Source of the DNA: Phallusia mammillata
Taxonomy: Eukaryota
Length of the DNA stretch: 64,000 nt
Assembly: GCA_965637545.1 (NCBI GenBank)
Contig: OZ281497.1
Span: 18,228,001 to 18,292,000, forward strand
Direction of reading: 5' to 3'
The position numbers and the translations under genes are program-made. This document shows positions 1 to 12,345 of this stretch, one piece after another (the stretch's first letter is position 1; each line of letters begins with the position of its first letter). A model generated the notes under the pieces. It was not told the origin of the DNA. It ran no database searches and worked only from the letters and a program-made list of their open reading frames with translations.

Positions 1-875
1 CATCCATCACCGGAAATGTAACTGTCAGGTCATTGCCACTTCCATATTGATAACTTAACTGCCAAAAAAATTACTCAGTTTTTTGAATTACAGATTTGAG
101 TTTGTCACTGCCTTTTACCCAGTATCTGCCATGCAGTGGTGGAACCTGGCAGATGTCACAGTCACTTACACATCTGGTGGTACAACTAAAACTCAGCGTC
201 TCAACAGGCGTTCATTCAATAGCACTATAACAGCTCCAATTGATTGGTCATTTGTGTGTCAGGCACCCGAAAATATCTCCTTCATTGGCAACACTTCTGC
301 CACACAAGTTTCTTTGCAATTTAACCATGTTCAGGTAAAAAATCATGTTGCGTTTTACAGGCGTTATTGGTGATGTATGTTTTGGGTGTTTGTCAAACTG
401 TATTTGAAGCTCGAATATCAACCTTAGGTTCAAAGTTTAAATGTAAACCTGTTCTTACACATGTTTGTTCATGTGTATGCTAGTGTATGAATGTTTCTGG
501 TACATATGTAGGTGTATGAGTGTTCTCCAAATGATTGACAGTCTACCATGAATAAAAAGTTTTAAATAAACCTTTAAAAATATTATGCTATCCTATCAAT
601 TGCTTGACCAACTGACTTTGGCAGTGTTTTTGTGGGTTTTTATCAAAACTCTTTTTTTTCTTTAGATGCAGTCATTCGGTGTGGCCAACAACACCTTTTC
701 TCGTGCATTGGATTGTGAAGGGTGGTTTACAGGTCCAATTTGGATGGGATTGTTGGTTGGTTTACTTGTCATAGTTATGCTGTTCTATGGACTAGCAATG
801 CTTTCGCAAGTTACGACTATGGACCGATTTGACGATCCTAAAGGAAAGACTATTACTGTTCCCCAAGTCGACTAA
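1..875 (+). CDS. ATP6AP1: V-type proton ATPase subunit S1 (Ac45), 3' part; exons <1-28, 94-334, 666-875
   Basis: GT-AG introns 29-93 and 335-665 join in phase (SITGNVTVR|FEFV...HVQ|MQSF). The C-terminus DCEGWFTGPIWMGLL-TM-TMDRFDDPKGKTITV is the Ac45/Voa1 signature. Confidence 0.93.
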
Positions 876-2064
876 AACTGGATCCCACAAGGCCACAAAC
901 TCTACTTCCGTACGGGCGCCCCACATCCACCAATACTGTTTTTATGCCTCTTACAACACAAAAATGCATTATTTGGTAAAGAAAACTTGTCTCCAGATTA
1001 TCGAATTGAGTTTGACACCCCATCCTTGTGCACACTTTGCAGATGTAGGAATACGCCATACGTTTTTGACCGTATTTAAATGTTATGAAGATTCGAACTA
1101 CATATGCGCCCAACCTGCCTAAAATGGTTCGTGCAGAGCCTGAATGGTTCTTTCTGGTGTTTTAAACTGAACCTTATCTTGTTGATGTAAGTGACCTCGT
1201 TTACGACACTTAAGAACGTATTCTATAGTATACAAGCTGTACGAAACAAAATTATCTAAAGGTAACGTGACTCTTATTTTGTTGAGCATATTCGACTTAA
1301 GCAGTTTGTCACTATTATGAACAAATGCTATTGTCCAACGCTATTTGCATTTACTGAAATACAACAATGCGGATCACAAATTACTGCATCTTTATCGTGA
1401 CGGGATCCACATTCCCGATATTATACATGCATTTAGTTGTTGGTCTAAAAATTACCAGTCGTGCAATATTATATGAATGCTTATATCTTCTGTTGTGTGA
1501 GTTTTTGTTTTGTGCTCTTTTTATTAGCGTCGTGTTTGTGCTTCGTTCCTAACTTAATTCTTTAAATAATGGCAAGTTTGCCCTCAAAACAATTACTTTG
1601 TCTCAAATCTGTCTTTTGTGAACTTTGATGGCACATTTAAAAATACAAAAAACGGATGTAATTTGTTTCTTTGCAATCGTAGAGTTTTAATAAAACTAGC
1701 TTTTCTGGTCTACCTCGTTAGTTAAGCTACCCAAGAGTATAGAAACCACTAACATTATGACTGAAAGGCTGTTATGTAAACAAATTTTCCAGCGATTATC
1801 CATCCCATCTTGCATGGCAAGTGCTAGATTGCACCACACATCCGGTTGCCATTAATTGGAGTTTCAATACGTCTAAACTTAACGGAGAGAAAGTTGTATT
1901 GACGATGTGTTGCCTGGCGCATCACGGGTTTAAAATAAATCATTAACTGGTTATATGGGACTTGTGTGGTTCGATACAAGCCTCGTTTCAGTTGTCAGGC
2001 TATACTTACTACAGCGCAATGTAAAAGCAAGTTGGTGTTACTGAGAAGAATACTTCGTCTAAAA

Positions 2065-2777
2065 ATGTCAGCCTATGTACCGACGAAGCTTCGCAAAAAC
2101 CCATACATGACTATTGAGGAAGATGTGTTCTTTGAAGATGACAAATTTAACGACACTTACTATGACTTGAACATAGAAGGCCACGCCATGACAACAACAG
2201 CTGGTACAACAGGACAGTCAGTAAATACAGGTGATAGCATCAGTCGTAGGTTGCTGGTACAACGTACCGAAAGTGTATCTTCTGCTTACTCAAAGAAAGT
2301 AGTTTGGAAATATAAACTGTCAGTTATTGTCCTGGCAATTGCGTTGGTGGCTGCTCTTGGTGTATGTGGAGTTTGCTTGGCAGTTATTAAAGATCTTAAT
2401 GCTACAAATGAGAATCTTGTAAAGGTCTGCCATTCCAGTAAGTCTTTTGGATTTATGTTCGTTTTTTTTACGAAATACTTCAACCGTTTCAATTCTTTAT
2501 TACATAATCATATTTATGTAACAAAACTATGAAGAAGATACAAAGCGAAATAACGTGATGTGAATATTCACAAAACCATCATACAAAGTTTTAACAAACA
2601 AAGCACGAACGTGGTGGTGTTTATTTGTAGATAAATACTAACTTATTAGTTTTAAAAATTTCCACCATTTTTTAGATTCAAGCAACATCCAATCTGGCGA
2701 AACACTGCTGAAAATGTTTAAAGGCCACCAAATCTGACATTGTACAAAGTAAAATCACATATCCAGCCTTTCTGTGA
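2065..2777 (+). CDS. Orphan single-pass (type II) membrane protein, ~158 aa; exons 2065-2437, 2676-2777
   Basis: ATG at 2065, GTAAGT donor at 2438, polypyrimidine-AG acceptor at 2675. The phase-1 join reads open to TGA at 2775-2777. One hydrophobic segment (LSVIVLAIALVAALGVCGVCLAVI) is preceded by lysines. Confidence 0.65.
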
Positions 2778-3078
2778 ACGACATAGGCACCAAGATGTAA
2801 AAAATACCAAAAAAAATTGAAAAAATATACTTAAGTTATATGTTGATTACTGCATATACGCGGACATGAATAAGCTTAATTATACCGTTTTATATGGTCT
2901 GTGCTATTATGTTTTATTTTTTTACACAATTTTACTTTTCACTAGATATTTCGTAAAGTGATGAAATGAATTTATTGCATAGCAAACACAAACTTGAAGA
3001 AACGTGACTGTTAGTTTTTTTACTGCAAGTTAATACTATGGAACGTACTAGGCTATATGTGCAAACTATCGTTGCTAT

Positions 3079-5213
3079 TTATATTGTATCCTTTCGTTGT
3101 GAATTTCCCGACTGCCTTTCATCATCTGAATATATTTTCTTTCGGCTTTCTTGGTCGGCACTACTTTCTTCATTCTTCAAAAACGTATAAACAAAGGTGC
3201 CCAGAAGGGTAATTGCTGTTCCCACTGCTTGCAGAGGCGTCATTAATTCCCCGAATACAGCGTAGCTTCCCCAAATGACGAGACAGATTTTGAGTTTGCA
3301 AAACACGGCATATGTTATCACCGATGTTCGACGAACGATGTAGAACACCGAAAGGTTGACGGCCAAGGCCAGTAAACCAGAAACCAAAAAGAGCTCCTGT
3401 AAGAAGAGAAACGTTTTTAAAGGTCAACCTGCTACCATAAAATCATGGTTGATATTATGTAATTGAAAAGAAGGAACATTTAACATAATTTTGCATCAGG
3501 GATGTATTCGATATTTCTGAAAGAAAGTTTCGGACCGCAGCCCGCGCTTTTTAGGCCCCTGCCACAAAAGTTCAGATGCACATTATTCCATTGTATTTTT
3601 AGAGCAACAATTCGCTATATCATTTTATTTTTATTGTTACTTTTTCATTTTGAAACAAAGATCTTACAAGTTTGGTGTTTTCAAGTAATGTTGTCCAAAA
3701 CTCAATCAAAGGTCCCGTTTCGTAAGACAGGCTGATAATCAGTAGGAAACATGCTGATATAAGAGATTGATAAAACAGCAGTTGCATAGGTGACAATGCA
3801 AGTTCTTCTTGCTTCGTTCCAACCCACTGTCAACAGAAACTCGAATTTAACCCTTAATTTATATTTAGCATGTAAGGCACATTCGAGTTATCAGGGTCAC
3901 CTATAAACTGTTACCTATTAATTTGGTGCCGTATGTCAATATAAAATTAAACCTACAAACTCCTAAATAAAAAAAAACTGTAGTTCAGAACGAACTGTTT
4001 GTAAACTTTGGAAACGATTGTAGGTACGTACAAATTTTTATAAAGGTTGAGGCCAGAATTTGTGTTTATTTTCATACTTATGAGTGGGCCTTTTAATAGC
4101 TTCAGGTATACGTTATAGACACAAATATTACATGTGTATGTATAGATAGATGTGTATTCTTACCGTGTAGTAGAAAGACGCCGCAACAACCGCAATAAGT
4201 CCAAAAACTCCACCAACAAAGTTCACCTGAACGTCAGTAAAGTAGTTCAAAGTAATTCCAGCCACAATTACAACCTGAAATACATAAAGATTGATGCAAT
4301 TGCTAAATATGACTCTTAAATATTAAGCTTTAAAATTTAAAAAGTTGGTGATGTGCGGCACTCGTTATTAACTCACCAGAGTAATTTGAACTTTTTTGCT
4401 GAACTTTTTCCCATACAGCTTTACTTGTAGGAAGAACATCAACGGATCGGAAAGGCACTTGATCAACTGATACGTTCCCACAGTGTTGTACTTTAGCGAG
4501 AAATTCGAAAACACGACAAACGAGCAAAAAGCGACACACAATGGCAAGACGTTCCATAGACGAACCCGTTTTACCTTGTAGAATAAAAGCCCACTGTTAA
4601 AAAGATTCCAAGTAAAATCTGTCATAAGCACGTCATATTTGGAATCGATTGATGGGTTCTCGCGTAGCTTTGACTTTTGTGCGTGCAACACATTTGGCAA
4701 GCCTCAACGTTCGTCGGTGTTGTTCAATAAACGCAGTTTTTACAAATTGGTAATAAACCCACAAACAAACAATCTTTAAACAATTACTCTTTCAGCAGTT
4801 CCATTAAAAAGCAGCCGACGAAACAATGTTTTATTCTGTTTGAATTTTTCTCTTTAAGACTGCTGGTCGTTTAGGAGAAAATAAAGACATTTGGAAAAAA
4901 ATTGGATCTTACATTACAAAAAATGCATTATTATCCAATTCTCTCAAAACGTTCACAGATGTTTCTAGATGACGCTTCATAAAATGCCAACACTTTTTAT
5001 TTGAGCTGCAGATAACAATAAACTCACCTGAAATACTCCACATGAAGCTAATATCAGTAATCCTGAAAAGGTGCAAAGGAACTGAAATCCAGCGAGAAAC
5101 GTTGGTGGCAATCCTTTTGATGAGTATAAGGACTTGTTGGTGAGAACTATTGCAATGCTGCTTACGAAGTTGACAACCAACACCAACAATGTAACCAGCT
5201 TACGGGCGGTCAT
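3079..5213 (-). CDS. SLC35E3: Solute carrier family 35 member E3-like nucleotide-sugar/TPT-family transporter, ~323 aa; exons 5213-5028, 4574-4377, 4274-4164, 3826-3668, 3396-3079
   Basis: Five exons with phase-0 GT-AG junctions. Motifs NFVSSIAIVLTNK, FVVFSNFSLKYNTVGTYQLIK, WVGTKQEELALSPMQLLFYQ and VNLSVFYIVRRTSVITYAV match SLC35E3. Confidence 0.88.
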
Positions 5214-6148
5214 TGCTTCTTCGCTAACAACACTGCAAGGAAACAAACTTTGACCAATGACAAACAAACTATGCAATCTGATGTGAACAGGATACACACG
5301 AGGTAATAATGATGTTCTCATTGTAGATGAATCAATATGTTTAAAAACCTGTTGGGGCCTCTATGCCTATAAACACTGCTCTCTATAAGAAGCGTTTTGC
5401 GTGATACTATAATATATTCGTTTTGTGTTGATTAACCATCAAAAAAAAGATCAGTCAAAGAAAAGTGAAGACTTTACCTTGTAAGGTTTTCGGTTTCAAG
5501 TGTTGTCTTATCTTCTTGCATTGAACTCTTTGGTAACAAATCTGAAGGTAAAGTTGTTATCCCTGATTGATTAACATCTGGTATATTTGCACTGAATTGA
5601 AATGAAACATATTTTAAAAGGCATAATAAATGTCTTACTTAAAAAATAAAAAGACAAAAATAGCACTTAACATATAGATCGACAATTAGTAACAAAACTT
5701 ACTTATGTGTAGGTACACTCTTGTCCGGAAACATCAACTGAGAAGGAAGGTTAGCCATGCTTTTTTAAGTTGACTTATCTACTGTTAACAATCTGTATCG
5801 AGTATTTAAACTGTATAAATATCACAACAGAAGACAATCTGCAAAACTAATGTCAAACTTGTTAGTTTTTTCATTGTTCAAGCAAATCGTATTTTAATCA
5901 ACAAAACCGTTTCGGCGATAATGTAACATATTTAGCTACATTCAAACTGGCAAAGATGCGATGGAAACACAACTGTATGGAATCTCAGTTTTGTATTCCG
6001 ATTGCCTGGGGCGCTTTTCTTTTATGTGTAAGGGTTGCAGCCTATCGGTGTCTTGTGGAGTGCTGGTTTATGACTTTAAAAACAGGTTGCGCTGGAAAAA
6101 GAAGTATCTGCAGGTTTGCATCTACTGTACAGTGCATTTACTCTAGAC

Positions 6149-6739
6149 CAGCGGTTCCCAAACTGGGGTCCGCGGACCTTTTGGGGTCCGTGAAGCAATT
6201 TTGCGGGGTCCGCGAAAAGGTTGACGTACCTCTGGAGTCTTATTTGGCGTCAATTTGTGTCACTGAATAGGTTTAAATCAAAGTACAATTAGAGATCCAC
6301 TGCCTCCATTACTATACAATAGATAACCTTTGTTGCATGACAACTGCAATTGTTTGCGCACTATCGTAATGTTTTCTGTCTTGTCTGTGATGTCACAAAC
6401 CGTCTTTGGATCGTTGTTATGTGTAATTTTGCATACCTAATAAGCTAAAATTCTGTAAATCAACTTTCGTATTGCTAAAATACACCTTCAGGCTTAAGGT
6501 CCGCGAGTCCTCGAATAATGGCAAAGTGACCGTTTTGAAAAAAACGATGAAAAAGTTTGAAAACCACTAAGTTAGAAAGTTGTTACATTAAAAAGAATCG
6601 TGACTGCACTAGTGTACTAAAAGTGTGTGGTTTTGCATTTTTTCTATAGCATTCTTTGATTTTTATAGGGCCGCGAAATATCAAAATAATTGCAAAGGGT
6701 CCACCAGGCAAATTTGTTAGAAAAGTTTGGGAACCGCTG
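6149..6739. mobile_element. hAT (Buster/Charlie-type) MITE, family A, extended copy
   Basis: TIR CAGCGGTTCCCAAACT/AGTTTGGGAACCGCTG; 8-bp flanks CTCTAGAC/CTCTAGAG; internal homology to the copies at 8676, 10348, 13795 and 48418. Confidence 0.88.
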
Positions 6740-6867
6740 CTCTAGAGTCTAGACTATTTTTTTTTTTTTTTTTTTCATTTACTCTAGACTAGATGAACCA
6801 CCACCTTTGCCGCAAATGGCCTGCCCTCCATCGAGTAAAGCGTGGACCAGCAAATTAGTGCTTAAAC

Positions 6868-7155
6868 CAGTGGTTCCCAACCTTTTTTCTTTTAAGGCGC
6901 ATTTTAGAAAAAACAAAAATTATTTGGCGCACTTCGAACATTTGAATAATTTTTTTAGCTGACAAAGGCACTAACTATGAGGTCATAAAGCCGCTATACA
7001 GGCCACTTTCATAGTTAAATAGCCTAGTTGAACATCTCAGAGACGTGGAGCATGTTGGCCTAGTGGTCTAAGCACCTGGTACTACTACTTCACTTGATTG
7101 ATTTGACATCTGGCGGCGCACCACTGTGCCGCGGCGCATAGTTTGGGAACCACTG
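6868..7155. mobile_element. hAT MITE, family B
   Basis: TIR CAGTGGTTCCCAA; perfect TSD GCTTAAAC (6860-6867 / 7156-7163). Confidence 0.88.
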
Positions 7156-8675
7156 GCTTAAACCAACCGTTTTGGTACACTTCTTTCTTTGCTATTTCGG
7201 AACTTTTAATTCTTCTCCTATTGGACAAGATCGCCAACCTATAACTGACATATTCAACCCTAAACCACATCTCTGATTTCGTGCCAGAAGAAAAAAAAAT
7301 GGAAAAAAACACAATCGCAACATGCTGAAATACACCAAGGTTTAATGATGTTAAGTATCAACTGCAAGCTAAACTTCTTTGAGCGAATTACTTTATCTCG
7401 CGAACCGTGTTTAAGATATCGCGTGCAGCTCACTTAGGCAGCTATACCTTCTGCTTCGGAAACTGTTCAAATTTGTCAGACAACGGATACAGCCGTAACC
7501 AAATTGGTCCTATTATAGCAGCCATGTTACCTAGTTATTAACAATAGAAACAATGCTTATTATTACCGACAATAGCGCGGTTCCTAAACCGTCTTTCTGC
7601 TGGCGCAATACCCCGCACGTATTGCACATAATCGCGTTAATTGTTGGTGTTGATTGCAAGTCCATCAATAAATGTAAACAAATACGTCGCCAACCACGTG
7701 ATAAACAAGTTTAACGTTTGTGAACTAAATTATCAGAATACAGGCCTATCCGTGTTTTTTTTACATGCCTTCACTGCAAAGAAAACGCCTGAATAGTCAA
7801 CCGAAAGAAATTCTTCCCAACGCATATTTGTTACTTCACACACGGTATACCTCAACAGTTGGAGCAGAACGCCTACGAAACTTGACCTGTTGGACCCGCT
7901 AAGAACTTAAACTTATTATGTGTCACATACAATTTACTGCGTAAATCAGGGGTCTCCAACAAGCAGACGAAAAAAAATAAAATGTTGTCAAATATGACCA
8001 ACTTTTTTGTTTTACTCACCCGTCGAGTGTACAAAGGAAAAGTAATGAAACTTTAACTCACCCACAGGCGCCGACATTTTTTTTCTATGCCATGTTATGT
8101 GACGTCACAAAGTGACGTCATGAAATACCAAACTCATTTTCTGACGCTACATATGGTAAGACTACGTCGAAGCTTGTGGTATATGAGCTTTAAACAATGC
8201 GATTCTACAGGTAGGTCCATCTGCTGCTCTTGCAAATTAACGCATGTTTGTGTGCGGTTGCACCTCATTGCACTTTACAAAAATGTGTCCCACTCGCCGA
8301 AATCGGCGGGGAGGCGGAATAGTGGAGATAATAAGGTTCAGCCAGGACATCACCAACGCAAATTAAATACTTTGCCGTACGTTGTATGTATTGTTATGTC
8401 ATATCAAAATTGTTTACCATCTTTAATAACTATCGCGATAAAAACCCTTTTCTACACAACACAGCGAAAGCAAATTAATCTCACCACGTAGCATTGAATG
8501 TCCTGGTTTCTCCTGACGCTGATTTTTATTTCTTTGTTTAACACGTATTGTTACACAAATACTAACAAACAGGTGTTATTACACACGCTGCGAAATGGCG
8601 TCTATCGAATTGCATGTTACCCTGCTTGCAGTCAGTTTGTCTCTTTGAGACTTCACGTTTCATCATAGTATACTC

Positions 8676-9877
8676 CAGTGGCTCTCAAACTTTTTCAACA
8701 TTTTTTCAAAACGGTCCCTTTGCCATTATATCGGGAGCTTGCAGTCCTTAAGCCTGAATGTGTATTTTAGCAACACGAAAGTTGATTTGCAGAATTTTAG
8801 CTAGTTATGCAAAATTATGCATTATAATAATCCAAAGACAGTTTGTGACATCACAGACAAGCAAAAAAAACCATTACGATTTTTTTTAGTTGTCATGGAA
8901 CAAATGCTATTGTTTAGCAATGGAGGCAGCTAATCTCTAATTTTACTTTGATTTAAACTTATTCAGTGGCACAAACGGACGCTAAATAAGATTATGGAAG
9001 TACTTCAACATTTTCGCGGTCCCCACAAAATTCCTTCACGGACCCCTAAGGCAGTGGTTCTCAAACTGTGCGTCGCGACGCCCTGGTGCGTCGTTTCAAT
9101 TTTCCAAGGGCGTCGCAGAATATTTCCGTTTCGTGGCTGAACTCAGTTTATCTCATAAAAAATGAGGTTTCAGTGCGGTTGACGTATATCTACGTCCAAA
9201 TGCTTTTTGCGCAGAGTGCGGATTGACGTAAATTTACCTCAAAAGTTTTTGAGCAAAAATGTGGCTGTCCGTCAATGTACGTCGAGACCAAACAGTACAA
9301 GCAGCAAGTGCGTGTTAGGCGCGTGTCTGGGGCGACGCTTGAAGGGCATTAAACTTGATTATGTGAACGGAGTCTTGCTTCATAACAATGTAACAAAGGC
9401 GACTTTTCTAGCAAAGGCTTGAGGTAGGTATAACGTATAATTGTTAGCAAAGTTTGAAGTAGTTATTGTGCATGAGTTGCAGCAGTAAATTTTTGTGCAT
9501 CAGTTTATATTGTGCGTAAGTTGAAACATTACTTTCATTGTAATTCGTTATTGATGCTGTTGAGGCCTTGCAGCAGACAAGACAATGCAATTGTGCGCAA
9601 CAATTGAAACAATTAACAAAAGCCCGCACGTGATTGCCGGGTGCACTGAAAGTGTTGAGTGCAGTTTTATAACTTTGTCGAAAAACAGTTCGCCTAAAAT
9701 TGTTCTCTAAGTGCTGTTTAATAGATTTAAATTAACTGTTTATTGATAAGTTTCCTCATTAACTTTTATTTGCTGGTGCGTCGCAAGTCCAGAAAACTTT
9801 TCCAGAGGCGTCGCAACAAAACAAAGTTTGAGAACCACTGCCCTAAGGGACCGCGGACCTCAGTTTAAGAACCACTG
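8676..9877. mobile_element. hAT MITE, family A (inverted relative to 6149), hosting a nested element
   Basis: TIRs CAGTGGCTCTCAAACT/AGTTTAAGAACCACTG; perfect TSD GTATACTC. Confidence 0.88.
9052..9840. mobile_element. hAT MITE, family C (long form), nested in the family A copy
   Basis: TIR CAGTGGTTCTCAAACT; perfect TSD CCCTAAGG (9044-9051 / 9841-9848); subterminal GCGTCGC repeats. Confidence 0.9.
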
Positions 9878-10347
9878 GTATACTCACATGATAGTCCAGC
9901 TCCTATTTTCCTCCCGTTTATTTTATTATCCTGCGCATGACGACTGACGACTGACACTGCAAGTCGCCTGAAGTTTTGTTTCATGTGTGTTACATCGCCA
10001 TTGTACATATTACTATATTTTCTATGTTTCCCGCCAGTAACCCCAAGTCACTTGCAAAGCATAATGTTGTGCAACCTGGTGGCATTATCTATCACACAAT
10101 CGGTGCTTATGCTGTCATAACCTTGGGATTGTTTTACTGAAGACACGTCTTGTAAGCGTGGCTACCTCGTGTTTATTAGCGACTGAATTTTGTAGAGCCA
10201 GCATGCTTTATTAATTGACTGGTTGTGTTTGTTTCTTCGGTAACGTATAGGAAATTTTGTGCTAACTAAACTGTTGCCGGTTGTCCAATGCTAGGGTTGC
10301 CATATTTTATGATACACAATCCCTGACAAAATACATTTGCGTTAACA

Positions 10348-10770
10348 CAGTGGTTCTCAAACTTTTTCATTATTTTTTCTAAACGACCCCTTTGCCATTA
10401 TTTCGAGGGCTCGCGGTCCTTAAGCCTGAATGTGTATTTTAGAAAAACGAAAGTTGATTGCAGGATTTTAGATTTTTAGCTATATTTGTGCAAAATTGCC
10501 CATAACAATGATCCAAATCTAACATCACAGACAAGACAAAAACATTACAGTTGTGCGCGAACAATTGCATTTTTGTTAGTTGTCATGCAATAAAGCCTAT
10601 TGTTTAGCAATGGAGACGGTCGATTCTCACTTTCATTTTGATTTAAACTTATTCAGTTGCACAAACTGACGCCAAATAAGAATATAGAATTACCTCCACC
10701 TTTTCGCGGTCCCCGCAAAATTGCCTCACGGACCCATAAAGGACCCCGGACCCTAGTTTGAGAACCGCTG
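10348..10770. mobile_element. hAT MITE, family A, nested in D
   Basis: TIR CAGTGGTTCTCAAACT/AGTTTGAGAACCGCTG; flanks CGTTAACA/CGTTAATC; homologous to 48418-48836. Confidence 0.85.
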
Positions 10771-10972
10771 CGTTAATCATTTTGCGATCCAAACACTTCT
10801 ATTACGGAATAAATTTTGAATAATCGAAAGTCACACGGACAGCGACACGAGAAAACGGTAGATACGATACTCTGTTCCTTGCCAATTAACTTTCTGCGTT
10901 GTCTTCTGTTTAGTTAAGTTTATTAGGCTAAGCTCACTACTCTTACTATCCTTAAAACAATAAGCACATATA

Positions 10973-11340
10973 CAGGAGTCGCCAACCTTTTCCACTCTAA
11001 AAACCGTTCGGACCAATTTCACATAGAAAAAAACAAAACACTGGGAGTCACCTTTTTAAATTTGAAATAAAATGCCGCTGTGAAAACGTTTTTCTGTCCC
11101 ACGACATTCGACTTTATGTTGTTAGTTAGTTCCTTGCATATTAGATACACAGTTCAAGCAAATAGCATCGAATACTGTGTTTTCTTGAGACGCGGATTTT
11201 TTTTTTACTTAACGCGTATTGTTAGACAACTAGTAACAAACAGATATTGTTACGCGCGCACAAACACTGCACTTCGAAACAGTTAGCTTGTGCGTTAACC
11301 TGCGCGCCGCCAGTTTACCTCTTTACGCTTCATGGTATAG
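10973..11340 (-). mobile_element. Truncated hAT family E copy (inverted homolog of 11800-12836), inside D
   Basis: The end CAGGAGTCGCCAACC...CGGACCAATTTCACATAG and the internal TTACGCGCGCACAAACACTGCA...CCTGCGCGCCGCCAGTTT are reverse complements of 12760-12836 and 12210-12330. The inner boundary is approximate. Confidence 0.7.
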
Positions 11341-11993
11341 ACGCGATTGTAGCTAACTACTGGAAACTTTTTTCGTTGGTACATTAATTTCATAGCATAT
11401 ATTTTGTTCTCTTAAATTCCTGACTTTTAAGCACATTTTATCATTTCTCCCTGACGCAGATTTAAACACTAAATTCCCTGACATGTCAGGGAAAATCCTG
11501 ACGTATGGCAACCCTATCCAATGCGCAAATTAAGCATTTCTGAACCTTGAATTCCATCGTCGTCAGCCAACGTGTTGTTGCTGTGAATAACTGTATTTTT
11601 TCGGTAAGCCTATAGTTGCTTGAAGTCTCGCAGTTCGTTACTATTGTGTTTTGATGATATTAATTGAATTTGCTTTGCATTTGCAGAACTTGAAATCTAC
11701 TGATCGCTTTGGATGTTACTGTGACTCTGGTCCTTCCTATAATAGTTCGGTAAGAGTCGACTGTAGGCTACTGGTAATTTCTCGTCTGTTTCCTTAACTC
11801 ATGGGTCGCCAACCAGCGGCACCGGAGCCGCATGAGGCTCTTTGATGCCTCTAATGCAGCTCAGTTTTTGAATTCACCAAATGTTGTACATTTGATAACA
11901 AATTATGTAACGATTATGCCAAACACAAAGGTCGAATATGAAAATTGCAGTGCAATAGCATGACTGTACTCGCTCGTTCTATTTACCTGCAAC

Positions 11994-12173
11994 CAGTGGT
12001 GGGATTTAATTTTTTTGTCAGCCGGTTCTATCACAAAATTCATATTTTTCAGCCGGTTCTGTTACAAAAAGTCCATTGACAGTAACCACTAATGCTAACC
12101 GGTTCGCTGATCTCATAATATTTCGTGAGACGGTTCTATGGAACCGGTGTGAACCGGCTGAATCCCATCACTG
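11994..12173. mobile_element. hAT MITE, family F (CAGTGGTGGGATT TIR), nested in E
   Basis: TIR CAGTGGTGGGATT/AATCCCATCACTG; flanks CCTGCAAC/CCTGTAAC; repeated subterminal CCGGTTC motifs. Confidence 0.85.
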
Positions 12174-12345
12174 CCTGTAACCCCGTCTATATCACCAAAC
12201 ATGAAGTCCGAAAGAGGCAAACTGGCGGCGCGCAGGTTGACACGCAATATGAGACAATATTATTTTTTGTTTGCAGTGTGTGCGCGCGCGCGTAACAATA
12301 GCTGTTTGTTAATAGTTATGTAACAAACATGTTAAACAAAGAAAT

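Larger units (their letters stand above)
10292..11516. mobile_element. hAT element, family D (TAGGGTTGCCA TIR; Blackjack/Tip100-like), hosting nested elements
   Basis: TIR TAGGGTTGCCATA/TATGGCAACCCTA; perfect TSD TCCAATGC; subterminal CCTGAC repeats at both ends. Confidence 0.85.

Noticed and set aside
1966-2064. Upstream GTG-initiated extension of the 188-aa ORF
   Set aside because: Eukaryotic context; the first ATG is at 2065, and the ORF tail after 2437 is intronic.
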